Shown: positions 20,179 to 30,303 of the stretch, piece after piece
Numbering within the stretch: position 1 is the stretch's first letter
Layout of the letters: every line of letters begins with the position of its first letter
Assembly: GCA_001784435.1 (NCBI GenBank)
Contig: MFQZ01000003.1
Location: 3,022 to 67,021 of the forward strand
Source of the DNA: Candidatus Magasanikbacteria bacterium RIFOXYC2_FULL_42_28
GTDB taxonomy: Bacteria > Patescibacteriota > Patescibacteriia > Magasanikbacterales > GWA2-37-8
Direction of reading: 5' to 3'
Length of the DNA stretch: 64,000 nt
Notes under the pieces: generated by a model
Database searches by the model: none
What the model was told of the DNA's origin: nothing
The model's input: the letters and a program-made list of their open reading frames with translations, nothing else
Program-made: the position numbers and the translations under genes

Positions 20179-22758
20179 ATGAAAAATTCTTCATTTAATA
20201 AAAAATCCGTGCAACGGCGTTGTTGCGGTGTTTGTGGCAAACATGGCCACAACAAATCTACCTGTTCCGGCTTCGCCTTGCGGGCTACGCCGGACAAGTC
20301 CGGCTTTGCTTTACGGGATACGCCGAGCGAGTCGATTTTAGAACCAGCAAAAATCATGCCGGCTAAATATTCTCCGGCTTTGCCAACTCCTAATCGTGGT
20401 ATTGGTTTTTTTGTTCATCATGTCAGTGGCGCGCCTCAAACTTCGGCGCACGTGGTAAATTTAAAAAATACTAAAACTGATGTTTGGGAAAAGGTACAAG
20501 CCATTGCCCCGGAACAAGACACCAATCTTTACCACCACTATCACGAAATTCCGACCGCGCCCCAACCGAACTTTTCCGTTCCTGTTAAAAAAACCATCAT
20601 AATCACCGATGAATTTGATCTGCCGGTATTGCAACAAACCGATGAAACGGTGATAGCGCCAAAACAGTCGCTGATAGAGCAAACAATCGCGTTTGCCCCG
20701 ACTCCCAAAAAACGCGACGTTTTGGCAGCTGATTTAAAAAATTACACTAACGCCAAATTAAATAACCTGCGCGCTAACGTCAAAAATTTAGCCAACAACA
20801 GTTTGTTTTGGAAACGTAGCGCCGCGATTATGACTGCCGTCCTGATTTTTGGCATTGCCCCCATTCCGGCGCAACAATACGCGCGCGGTTTAAAATTTTC
20901 CGTGGCGACCGTAGCCGAAAACAGTTTGGCCGGTTTTTCATCTTTACAAAAATCAGTTACCTCATTATTTTCCGCCAATACCGCCCAAGCTCAAACCGAT
21001 TTGGACAGCGCTCTCACCAGTTTTAATCTGGCCGTAGATACCATGCAAACCAAGCACCGATTTTTACAAACTTTGGCGCGCGCCCTACCGCTTGTCAACA
21101 CCGAATTTGAAAGTCGACAAAATATAATCTTGGCCGGCCAAAACATTGCTTTGGGGAATTCCCATTTACTTTCGGCTTACAACAATAGCAACGCCACCGC
21201 CTCCACCACTTTAACCGACCGCCTGAAAACAATTTCCATTGGCTTAAACTCCGCCCTGCCCAATTATCAATCCGCTTTAGAACTCTTAAAACCGGTCAAA
21301 GAAAATGTTTTACCGGAAGAATATCGCGCTGAATTTAATAAATTCAAGATATTGTTTAGCGCCCTGGTTGGTGATCTAGATAACCTCTCTAAATTAACCG
21401 ATCAGTTACCGGAAATTTTTGGTGGACAAGGATTACGACGCTATTTACTCGTGTTTCAAAATGAACACGAATTACGTCCGACCGGCGGATTTATGGGTAG
21501 TTTCGCCCTGCTGGAAGTAAAAGACGGTCAAATTATAAACATCGATGTCCCACCTAACGGCTCTTACGCCTTGCGTTACACGAGCGATGTATATTTGGAA
21601 CCACCGGCACCCCTACTTTTAATTAACAGCCGTTTTGAATTTCAGGATTCCAATTGGTATCCGGATTTCCCGGCTAACGCGCAAAAAGCGCTTTGGTTCT
21701 TCCGCCACAGCCGTGGTATTACGGCTGACGGCGTGATTGCCATTAACAGCAGTGTATTTGAAAAATTATTAAAAATTATCGGCCCGATTACCGACGATAA
21801 TCGCCAAGTGGTATTAGCGCACGATAGCGCTTTGGGCACGCTCCAAGCGATTGTGGAGACGGGCGCGGAGAAAAAAGAAGGACGCCCCAAACAAATCATC
21901 ACCGATTTAACACCAAAAATAATTGACGCGGTTTTAAAACCAAAGACCGACCAACTGTTGCCAATTTTATCAGGTCTGCAAAATTCTCTGAAAGAAAAGC
22001 AGATCCAAGCATATTTTACGGATGAAAAAGCGCAAAGCGCGATTACCGAATACGGCTGGGGCGGAGAAATTTTGCCAACCGACGGCAATCAGGATTATTT
22101 ATTTGTGGTAAATACCAACATCCACGGTGAAAAAAGCGACGCGCGCATGATCCAAACGGTGAGTCATGAAGCCAAGATTGACGACGTTGGTACCATAACC
22201 AATACCGTCGTCATCACTCGTACTCATACCGGCACACGTGGTGAAAAATTTTATGGCGTCGATAATATTGATTACTTGCGTATATATGTTCCGGCGGAAA
22301 GCGAGCTCGTCAGCGCCCAAGGGTTTACTTGGCCGGAAGAAGAACAATTTTTTGCGCCCACGCCCGGAGCTACTATCGACACCGATTTAATTAAAAAAGA
22401 AAAAGAAATTAAATTTGACCAAAGAAGTGGCACTAGAATTACCGAAGAATTTGGCAAAACCGCTTTTGGCAATTGGCTCATTACTGAACCCGGACAAACC
22501 ACGCAAGCCACTTTTATATATCATTTGCCATTTAAAGTGAACCCAGCGGAAAACGGTGGTTTGGCTAATTATCAACTGATAGTCCAAAAACAAAGCGGTA
22601 TTAACAGCACTTTTGACAGCCAAATTATCACCCCTGATTCAGTAGAACCAAAATGGGCCGACGGTGTGGGTACGATCTTGGCATCCAACGGAGTGCGCGT
22701 GGAACCACTGACGCTTGATACCAACAAAATTTGGAGTTTAGTAATGAAAAAACGCTAA
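20179..22758 (+). CDS. DUF4012 membrane protein with an N-terminal CCHC zinc knuckle
   Basis: RRYLLVFQNEHELRPTGGFMGS, DSNWYPDFP, DGVIAIN; CGVCGKHGHNKSTC. Confidence 0.85.
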   Translation: MKNSSFNKKSVQRRCCGVCGKHGHNKSTCSGFALRATPDKSGFALRDTPSESILEPAKIMPAKYSPALPTPNRGIGFFVHHVSGAPQTSAHVVNLKNTKTDVWEKVQAIAPEQDTNLYHHYHEIPTAPQPNFSVPVKKTIIITDEFDLPVLQQTDETVIAPKQSLIEQTIAFAPTPKKRDVLAADLKNYTNAKLNNLRANVKNLANNSLFWKRSAAIMTAVLIFGIAPIPAQQYARGLKFSVATVAENSLAGFSSLQKSVTSLFSANTAQAQTDLDSALTSFNLAVDTMQTKHRFLQTLARALPLVNTEFESRQNIILAGQNIALGNSHLLSAYNNSNATASTTLTDRLKTISIGLNSALPNYQSALELLKPVKENVLPEEYRAEFNKFKILFSALVGDLDNLSKLTDQLPEIFGGQGLRRYLLVFQNEHELRPTGGFMGSFALLEVKDGQIINIDVPPNGSYALRYTSDVYLEPPAPLLLINSRFEFQDSNWYPDFPANAQKALWFFRHSRGITADGVIAINSSVFEKLLKIIGPITDDNRQVVLAHDSALGTLQAIVETGAEKKEGRPKQIITDLTPKIIDAVLKPKTDQLLPILSGLQNSLKEKQIQAYFTDEKAQSAITEYGWGGEILPTDGNQDYLFVVNTNIHGEKSDARMIQTVSHEAKIDDVGTITNTVVITRTHTGTRGEKFYGVDNIDYLRIYVPAESELVSAQGFTWPEEEQFFAPTPGATIDTDLIKKEKEIKFDQRSGTRITEEFGKTAFGNWLITEPGQTTQATFIYHLPFKVNPAENGGLANYQLIVQKQSGINSTFDSQIITPDSVEPKWADGVGTILASNGVRVEPLTLDTNKIWSLVMKKR

Positions 22759-22826
22759 ATCTTAATCTAAAAAATAAGTTCCCGCCACAAGCGGGTCCGC
22801 CTCTGGCGGATAATTATAAAATTTTT

Positions 22827-24695
22827 ATGTCAGACACTCCTGAATTTTCCGTCAAACCGTTGGAAGAGGAAGAAAAACCCAAACGCCGTCGCGCCGTGCC
22901 ACGCCGTAAAACCGTTAAAAAAAGTCCACTGGAAAGCGACTTGGCTATGGCCCGGCATTTGGATGCGATTTACAAAGATGAAAACGGCGACATGCCGGAC
23001 ATGAAAAAAATTGACGTTAAAAAAGGAGGAAAATTTTTCCGCCGGGTATTTGTTTTTCTGATTATGCTGGGACTGCTCGCGGCCGCGGCCTGGGCCGGAT
23101 TTTTTATGATGCCTTCGGCGCAAAAACCGGTGTCTGACCAAGTTACTTTAAAAATTACCGGACCGGAAGACGCGGAGTTGGGTGCGACTACCACTATTAC
23201 CATTACTTACGAAAACAACCAACGCGTAGCCTTGAATAACGTGGTGCTAACTATGCGCTACCCCGAGGGCTTTATGGTACTGGCAAGCGATGTGCCGGCC
23301 GAAAACCCGACTTTCACCGAATGGCAACTAAATTCACTGCCCGCCCGCCAAACAGGCGAGGTGATTATCACCGGCAAAATGTACGGCTCGCCCGATACGG
23401 TGATGGCCTGGCGCGCGTTTTTAAACTACCGCCCGACGAATTTCCAATCCGATCTGCAAACCATGGCCACTTTCGAAAATAAAATTACCCGCTCTCCTTA
23501 CACTCTAAAACTGGCCGGTCCGGATAAAATAGGCGCGGGCAAAGAAGCCAATTTTACCGCCACCTTAGAAAACGCCGGCACCGAATGGCTTAACGGCTTA
23601 ACAGTGGTGCCAATCTTTCCGGCAAATTTCCGCTTGTCTTCGTCCACACCTACTCTTACCAAAACCGCTTGGGTGATAACACCGGGCACGAGCACACAAT
23701 CGGAAATTAAATTCAGCGGACAATTTTCCGAAAACGCTGACCCGCTTGCTAAAATAAAATTACAAGTAATCTGGACGGACGCGGCCGGCGAGCGCCATCT
23801 AATTGCTGAAAATGAATTCGGCGCGGAACTAATCAAAAATTCGCTTTCCGCAAGTTTGGCGGTTAACGGCACTTTAACCAAAGCCGCCAGTTTCCCCGGC
23901 GATATGTTAAACGCCACCATTGTTTTGAAAAATGGCAGTGATAGTGATATGACTAAAATGTCGGTAAAATTAAAATTTGACGCGCCCAGTTATGGCAAAG
24001 TTAGCGTGCTAAATTGGGCGGATTCGGAAGAAAAATTTAATGGCGTAATCAAAGGCACACAAGTGTCTGACACCGTTAGACGCGGGGAAATTGTTTGGGA
24101 TGGCAGTAAAATTCCGGAACTGAAAAAATTAGTTGTTGGCAAAGAAATAACCTGGGACATGCAATTGCCGGTTAAAGATACTAAAACCGCCGACTGGGAA
24201 GCAGTCAAAGAATTTTTGGCCACCGGAGTGGTAGAGGTAACTTTTACGGATAAAAACAATATCACCCAAACACTAACAAGTAATCAAATTGAAATTATTT
24301 TCAATTCCGACCTCAAAGCCGAGGTACGCGACGAAATAAAAACCGGCGCGACCGGCAATGACGAACACGCCATCAGCTGGGTAATAACCAACACCTTGCA
24401 CCCGCTTAAAAATGTTACGTTATCAGCCGACATTTACGGCGACGTAGAAGTAAAATTACCCGCCACCCCACCCGCCGGTAAATTGGATTACGACAGCGTC
24501 GCTAAACATTTAACCTGGACCATTGACGAGATGACGGTTAATACTGATGTGCTCGCCTTGCCGTTCACGGTCGTGCTCAAAACCAAAAATCCCACCCAAA
24601 ATGTGCTCGTTTCCAAAGTGCGCGTGCAGGCGTTAGATAATGTTACCGGTGAACAACTAAATTTGATGGCGGATGAAATTGGGCTGACACAATAA
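22827..24695 (+). CDS. Membrane-anchored protein with Ig-like (DUF11/CARDB-like) beta domains
   Basis: Charged N-terminus, one TM helix, repeated 'GP...ITYEN/ATLEN' beta modules; start set at MSDTPEF. Confidence 0.7.
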   Translation: MSDTPEFSVKPLEEEEKPKRRRAVPRRKTVKKSPLESDLAMARHLDAIYKDENGDMPDMKKIDVKKGGKFFRRVFVFLIMLGLLAAAAWAGFFMMPSAQKPVSDQVTLKITGPEDAELGATTTITITYENNQRVALNNVVLTMRYPEGFMVLASDVPAENPTFTEWQLNSLPARQTGEVIITGKMYGSPDTVMAWRAFLNYRPTNFQSDLQTMATFENKITRSPYTLKLAGPDKIGAGKEANFTATLENAGTEWLNGLTVVPIFPANFRLSSSTPTLTKTAWVITPGTSTQSEIKFSGQFSENADPLAKIKLQVIWTDAAGERHLIAENEFGAELIKNSLSASLAVNGTLTKAASFPGDMLNATIVLKNGSDSDMTKMSVKLKFDAPSYGKVSVLNWADSEEKFNGVIKGTQVSDTVRRGEIVWDGSKIPELKKLVVGKEITWDMQLPVKDTKTADWEAVKEFLATGVVEVTFTDKNNITQTLTSNQIEIIFNSDLKAEVRDEIKTGATGNDEHAISWVITNTLHPLKNVTLSADIYGDVEVKLPATPPAGKLDYDSVAKHLTWTIDEMTVNTDVLALPFTVVLKTKNPTQNVLVSKVRVQALDNVTGEQLNLMADEIGLTQ

Positions 24696-24741
24696 TCCAT
24701 CAATAACAAAAAATTCTCGATCATGCATCGAGAATTTTTTT

Positions 24742-24889
24742 AATGTCAAATTTCCAATTTCTCCGCCAAAGGCGGATCGGCCTGTGGTGGACAATGTCAA
24801 ACCAAATCCAAAGTTCAAATTACAAATTTGATATTTTGATTTTGACATTGATTTGACATTGCCCATTTTGATTTTGAAATTTAAGAATT
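24742..24889. repeat. Inverted ~7-nt repeat array with a nested CCGCCAAAGGCGG palindrome
   Basis: Shares TTTGACATTGATTTGACATTG with 60184-60308. Confidence 0.75.
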
Positions 24890-25885
24890 TTAATAATTCA
24901 AAAAAACACCAACTAAATCTCCCGCCATCCTGTTATCATTCCGCTCTACCCAATTTATCCTCTGATCACGCTTAAACCAAGTCAGCTGCCGTTTGGCATA
25001 ACGCCGTGTATCGCGTTTTAAAATTTCGATCACTTCGTCCAGCGTCATCTCGCCCCGCAAATAATACCCCATCTGCCGATACCCAATTCCGCTCATACTC
25101 GGCAACGCCCATATGTCATTGCGAGCGAAGCGCGGCAATCTCTCACTGTCATCCTGAACTCCATGCGATGCCGCATGGCTATCGTGTTTCAGGATCTCTC
25201 GCACTAACCCCTCCGTCTCCCCCACCAACCCATCTTTTATTTGCTCGTCCACCCGCGCGTTAATCCGTTCATACAATTCTTCTCGCGGCCAATTCAATCC
25301 AATCTGTAAACAATCATACAGCTGTTTACCTTTTTTCTGCTGTTTTACAAACGACTCCCCCGCCAAAGCCACTTCCACCGCCCGCAATACCCGTCGCGGA
25401 TTTTTTAAATCAATTACCTCGGCACTATCTGGGTCTTTGGTACGCAACATTTTTACCATTTCCGTTAATGATAATTTTTCTAATTCTTTTCGCAAAGTTT
25501 TATCCGGCACCACTTTGGGGATATCCAAATTATCAATCACCGCCCAAAAATACAACCCCGTTCCGCCCACCAAAATCGGCAACTTCCCCCGCGCCAAAAT
25601 ATCGTCAATGGCATTGATGGCGTCCGCCTTAAAATCCGCCAAACTATAATCTTGGTCAGGGTCAACGGTATTTATCAGATGGTGTGAGATCCCTTCTACT
25701 ATATATACCCCGTTCCCAGGACTTCCTGGTGGCTTAGCAGTGCCAATGTCCATGTTTTTATATATCTGCCGAGAATCAAAACTCACCACTTCCCCGTTAA
25801 ATTTCTTAGCCAAAAAAATACCAACATCGGTTTTTCCCGAAGCTGTTGGCCCTAAAATGGCAATAATTTTTGGTAATTTGGACAT
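24890..25885 (-). CDS. miaA: tRNA dimethylallyltransferase with a ~27-aa repeat-derived insertion
   Basis: GPTASGKT, DSRQIY, GGTGLY, TRRYAKRQLTWF. Confidence 0.95.
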   Translation of the reverse strand: MSKLPKIIAILGPTASGKTDVGIFLAKKFNGEVVSFDSRQIYKNMDIGTAKPPGSPGNGVYIVEGISHHLINTVDPDQDYSLADFKADAINAIDDILARGKLPILVGGTGLYFWAVIDNLDIPKVVPDKTLRKELEKLSLTEMVKMLRTKDPDSAEVIDLKNPRRVLRAVEVALAGESFVKQQKKGKQLYDCLQIGLNWPREELYERINARVDEQIKDGLVGETEGLVREILKHDSHAASHGVQDDSERLPRFARNDIWALPSMSGIGYRQMGYYLRGEMTLDEVIEILKRDTRRYAKRQLTWFKRDQRINWVERNDNRMAGDLVGVFLNY

Positions 25886-26003
25886 ATTTTACGCTTGCCT
25901 CTTGAGTATTTTGGTGATAATATACTATATATTAAGTTAATAATCAACAGGTTCGCATATACATACGTTAGGCGAAATAATAAATTTTTTTTATACTAAA
26001 CCT

Positions 26004-26698
26004 ATGAAAAAAGAATCATCCCAGCCAGAGCCAACCAAAATTAACCATCACCGGTATGAAATTGATTCTGCCGACTTTATTCCTGCCGGTACTTTCTATG
26101 CAGAGGGTAATGATGAATTAACACGAGAAAGAATTCTAGCAATTCAACTTGTGGAAGAAATAGGCAATCAACTCGCCATTGAACATCCTGAAATTAATGA
26201 AATATACAAAAATCCTTCTCTTCGTTTGATTGATATTGCTTACCAATTTTTCCCAAGAGAATATGTAGATCAATTCCCGGAGGTTTGCAATAAAGCCGTT
26301 GGTTATGCAATCAGACAACTAAATACTGCCGAAGAACAAGCTGAATTAACACGCCAACACAGACAACATATCGCCGCATTAAATTTTAATTTAGGAAGTG
26401 CGGAATTTATTGCGCAGTGTAAAGAAGCGGCAAAAAAAGGCATGAGATGCACGGTGTAGATACAGAAGCTATGATCCGTGGTCGCGGAAGAGAACCTTGG
26501 AGTTTATCCGAAAAAGTATTGGTTAATGATTTGGTTATAAATCCCAATTTCCAGCATCAAAGCGGTTCCATAAAAGGAACTCCTGACCATAAAAAGATCG
26601 CAGACGAACTGAATCGATTATTTCATGACGATCAAAAAATTAGAACAAGTAATTCGGTTGGCTCTTTAGTTAGTGACATAAGAAGGAAAAAAAGATAA
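26004..26698 (+). pseudogene. Hypothetical gene split by a -1 frameshift at an A7 run (ORFs 26004-26459 and 26447-26698)
   Basis: GCA AAA AAA GGC ATG AGA: one extra A gives AKKRHEMHGVD, joining both ORFs. Confidence 0.6.
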
Positions 26699-26705
26699 AA
26701 ATTAA

Positions 26706-27020
26706 GGAAGTCGGCGAAACTTCTCATACACGCGACCCAATGGATGGAATTGGCCTTGGACCGCTTTCGCTTTTTTCGGTGTCGTCTTGTTTAGCGCCGG
26801 TCTCGCGCATGAACTTGCGGAAAAGTACGCCAAGATGGTGGTAATCGGCGGTTTTGTCTTCGGCGAGATGGTTGCTGGTGGCGTAATAGCAACATTGCGG
26901 TATCTAAACCCAAATGACGATGCGGCGGGAGTTGTTATCATTACCTCCCTTATCTCCGGATTATTTTTTGCGTTTGTGGGATATTTAATTCAGAAATATC
27001 TTGGAAAGAAGCGGAATTGA
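26706..27020 (+). pseudogene. Membrane protein lacking a clear start (probably 5'-truncated)
   Basis: Frame is open from 26706 (GSRRNFSYTRPNGWNWPWTAFAFFG...) with no ATG before the first TM helix; three TM segments. Confidence 0.45.
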
Positions 27021-27063
27021 AATAATATTTTTTAAACAATAGCTTAAATTCTAACAAAAACAT

Positions 27064-27354
27064 ATGGATATCATCATTAGGCACTTAATCTTTTTCTCGG
27101 TCGGCGTTTTTCAGGACATTTTAATTACCTACTACTACCAAACTATCGCCAAGGAATACGCTTGGCGAGCGGCGTTTTTCTCAACGATTGTGACGCTTTT
27201 GAACTTATTAATTTTATACGAAATATTAGCGGGAATTGAAGACCAAATATTTACTATAATTTTGGCCTATGCTGTCGGCAACGGCGTAGGAACGAGTTTG
27301 GTAATTAAAAAACACCAAATCCTAAAACTTTTTTATAAAAAAACCGGACGCTAA
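27064..27354 (+). CDS. Small membrane protein (DUF5698/DUF2179-like)
   Basis: Three TM helices; ILAYAVGNGVGT motif. Confidence 0.65.
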   Translation: MDIIIRHLIFFSVGVFQDILITYYYQTIAKEYAWRAAFFSTIVTLLNLLILYEILAGIEDQIFTIILAYAVGNGVGTSLVIKKHQILKLFYKKTGR

Positions 27355-27366
27355 TTTTAAAATCCC

Positions 27367-27885
27367 ATGAAAAAGCAATATCTCCTTTTGGCCGCGGTCA
27401 CTATCGACGGCAAAATTGCCAAAAACAGCGGACACCTATCCACGCGTTGGACCAGTGACGAAGACAAAAATCATTTACACGCCATTTTGGATAAAAGCGA
27501 TTTGGTTGTCGTCGGCAATAATACTTACAAAACTGCTTACCGACCTTTGCGCCAACGCAATTGCGTGGTGTTTACGCGTTCGGTAAAAACCACTGCCCAA
27601 AAAAATGCCAAATGTTTATACTTAAACCCGAGCGCGGTTGATATAAAAAAATGGCTGGCCCAAAGTCCATACAAAAAAATCGCAATTTTGGGCGGAACCG
27701 CCACTTATAATTTATTTTTAGAAAAAAAATTAATTAGCGATATTTACTTAACCATTGAACCGGTAATTTTTGGTACCGGTTTGGGATTATTTGATACCAA
27801 CTTAAAAAATTTCCAACGGTTTAAACTTTTATCAATAAAAAAATTGAACCGACGCGGTTCAATTCTGCTCCACTACACAGCTTAA
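27367..27885 (+). CDS. Dihydrofolate reductase / RibD C-terminal family protein
   Basis: AAVTIDGKIA, VVGNNTY, ILGG, LTIEPVIFGTG. Confidence 0.85.
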   Translation: MKKQYLLLAAVTIDGKIAKNSGHLSTRWTSDEDKNHLHAILDKSDLVVVGNNTYKTAYRPLRQRNCVVFTRSVKTTAQKNAKCLYLNPSAVDIKKWLAQSPYKKIAILGGTATYNLFLEKKLISDIYLTIEPVIFGTGLGLFDTNLKNFQRFKLLSIKKLNRRGSILLHYTA

Positions 27886-27893
27886 CGCCGTGC

Positions 27894-28367
27894 TTACAAA
27901 TTCACCGCCGCGCAATACGCGCCCGCTAACGCGTCCGCCGCGTCATCGGATTTAATCGGTTTTTTAACGCCCAAAACCATGGCGGCCATTTTTTGCATTT
28001 GGCCTTTTTCCGCTCGACCATAGCCGGTCAGCGCTTGTTTGATTTGTAAAGGCGTATATTCATAAATTTCCAAACCGCAATCCAAAAGCGTCAATAAAAT
28101 TACCCCACGCGCCTGCCCGACATCCAGCGCGGTTTTGGCGTTATTAAAAAAATATAATTTTTCCACGGACGCGAGCGTTGGTTTGTGTTCTTTTACCACT
28201 TCTTTTATTTTATCACGCAATTCTTGCAAACGCGCGATTAAAGATTTTTTAGGCGAAGTTTCCAGACAACCATAAGCAACCGCTTGCCACTGACCGTGGC
28301 CGACCGATTCGATTACGCCATAACCCATGCGACCGAACCCAGGGTCAACACCTAAAATTCTGGTCAT
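27894..28367 (-). CDS. ruvC: Holliday junction resolvase RuvC
   Basis: ILGVDPGFGRMGYG; EYTPLQIKQALTGYGRAEK; DDAADALA. Confidence 0.95.
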   Translation of the reverse strand: MTRILGVDPGFGRMGYGVIESVGHGQWQAVAYGCLETSPKKSLIARLQELRDKIKEVVKEHKPTLASVEKLYFFNNAKTALDVGQARGVILLTLLDCGLEIYEYTPLQIKQALTGYGRAEKGQMQKMAAMVLGVKKPIKSDDAADALAGAYCAAVNL

Positions 28368-30211
28368 AGTGCTAATTTACCAACTTCAAATTTTTTACCA
28401 TCCAACCGACTATTGGTATTAAACCATTCAAAAAATTTATCACGACGCTCGCCGGACATTAAATAATTTTGGGATTTGACCGAATAAAACGGCATGACAT
28501 AAATATCTTTAACACTCCCGCCGGTGAAAGTCATTCCAACACTAAAACCTTCTTGAGTGTCTTGCGAAAAATATTGATCAAAAATAAAATTTCCGAGTGA
28601 GTAAAATATCGGCGCGCCGTTATATATTTCCATTTCTTGAATTACGTGGGGATGACCGCCGACTACCGCTGTCGCGCCGGCATCGATTAAATCACGCGCC
28701 CATTGCCGTTCGCGCTCATTGGAAATACGGTCATATTCCTGCCCCCAGTGCGGCATCACGACCACATTGGGCGCTTGGGATTTGGCTGTGGCAATGGCCA
28801 ATCTGATTTGACTCCAACTAACTTCGCCTTCGGTAAAATTTATTCCCACCAAAGCCATTTTTTCCGGTAAATTATTGGCCACCCAAATTCCACTGGTGCT
28901 CACGCTATATTCATTACCAAAATATCCCAAATTATTTTGTTCTAAAATTGTTTTGGTAAAATCCACATTCGCCCGCCCCATATCAATGGTGTGATTATTG
29001 GCCAAAGACACAGCTGAAAAATTATAACGCTTTAGCTGCCCCGCGAGCGCCGGATCAAAACGGAAAGCGATGGATTTAGAAGTATTAATACGTTTGATCG
29101 CGAATGGTCCTTCCAAATTGGCGACCGTCAAATCCTGCCCATAAAAAAATCTATTTTCTTGCCCGGTCAAATGTTCAAATACATAGTCCAAACCTTTTTC
29201 TCCCATCGCTTTGGCAACACTGCGGTCCAACATCATATCACCAAAAAATTGGACGGCGATGGCCGGAATGGCAACAGGTTTTCCACCAACGAAATACCCC
29301 ATCACATGCGAAGTGGTTTCGGCCAACTCCGAATTTTTAATAATATCGGCGCTATTGGTATGGTGCGCCAAAGTAAAATTTTGCGCTCCTTTTAGTTCAT
29401 TATATTTCAAAAGCAACCGAATAGAATTTTGGCTGTCAATTTCCATTCGTTCCAGACGATTATAGTCGCCGGTTTCTAAAACATTTATAGACAATTCATC
29501 GTGCCAATTAGAAACAGTAAGTGGAAGATAGTGCGAAAAATCCACCGACGCTAACACTAAAGAATTTTTTGGTAAAATTTTATTTAATAATTCCGCCACC
29601 TTGTCAATCTCTTGAAAATTGCGTTCATTTTTGACAATTATCGGCACGAGTTTGGTGTTTGGCCAAATTTTTTTAACTAAACTCACGAGCGCGCCCACGC
29701 CGTGTTCATTGGCAATGGCCGGATCATCAACCATTACGCCCGCGTCCGCTAATTTTCCAATAATTTTTTGATTGGTTTCTAAAATTCCAAACGGCGTTTG
29801 CCACGGCTCTAACGCCGTAATTATTTTTCCGCGTCCGGTATTAAAATGATTGGGACTGACAATTACCACGACCGCTGGCGTAATTTTTTTACTCACCGCC
29901 TCTAACATTCCAATTTCATAACTGCCAGCGACAAGATGGTGGGGCAAAACGGCGGAAACAGGCGCGGACGACAAATCAGCGATCGGTTGCGAGTATTTAA
30001 ACAAGGTCTCGAACAGGTCCTTATCATTAGGTATGGCCGTGTGAACATTGCCCTTAAGACCTTCGGAGGGCAACTGGATGCCGGTAAGGATGATTTTCGA
30101 TAATCCGGCTTGGTCGTTTTTAAAACGTGGCCCCAACCAAAATCCGGCCAAACCAACGGCAATGCCAATTGTGCCAATTAAAGCCAAAAATATAACTTGT
30201 TTAATACGCAT
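28364..30211 (-). CDS. AmmeMemoRadiSam protein B (MEMO1) fused to a CapA/PgsA metallophosphoesterase
   Basis: VLPHH, SPNHF, EHG, SVDFSHY; then GDMMLDR, ANLEGP, LANNH, GGHPHV, YSLGNFIFDQ. Confidence 0.88.
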   Translation of the reverse strand: MRIKQVIFLALIGTIGIAVGLAGFWLGPRFKNDQAGLSKIILTGIQLPSEGLKGNVHTAIPNDKDLFETLFKYSQPIADLSSAPVSAVLPHHLVAGSYEIGMLEAVSKKITPAVVVIVSPNHFNTGRGKIITALEPWQTPFGILETNQKIIGKLADAGVMVDDPAIANEHGVGALVSLVKKIWPNTKLVPIIVKNERNFQEIDKVAELLNKILPKNSLVLASVDFSHYLPLTVSNWHDELSINVLETGDYNRLERMEIDSQNSIRLLLKYNELKGAQNFTLAHHTNSADIIKNSELAETTSHVMGYFVGGKPVAIPAIAVQFFGDMMLDRSVAKAMGEKGLDYVFEHLTGQENRFFYGQDLTVANLEGPFAIKRINTSKSIAFRFDPALAGQLKRYNFSAVSLANNHTIDMGRANVDFTKTILEQNNLGYFGNEYSVSTSGIWVANNLPEKMALVGINFTEGEVSWSQIRLAIATAKSQAPNVVVMPHWGQEYDRISNERERQWARDLIDAGATAVVGGHPHVIQEMEIYNGAPIFYSLGNFIFDQYFSQDTQEGFSVGMTFTGGSVKDIYVMPFYSVKSQNYLMSGERRDKFFEWFNTNSRLDGKKFEVGKLAL

Positions 30212-30262
30212 ACATCTTAATTTTACGCCTAATTTGGGGAAAATACAATACAACCATTAACT

Positions 30263-30293
30263 AAAACACCCCGACAATTGTCGAGGTGTTCTT
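30263..30293 (-). terminator. Terminator after rpoC
   Basis: AACACCCCGACAA/TTGTCGAGGTGTT stem followed by Ts on the minus strand. Confidence 0.6.
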
Positions 30294-30303
30294 TGTTTAG
30301 ATA

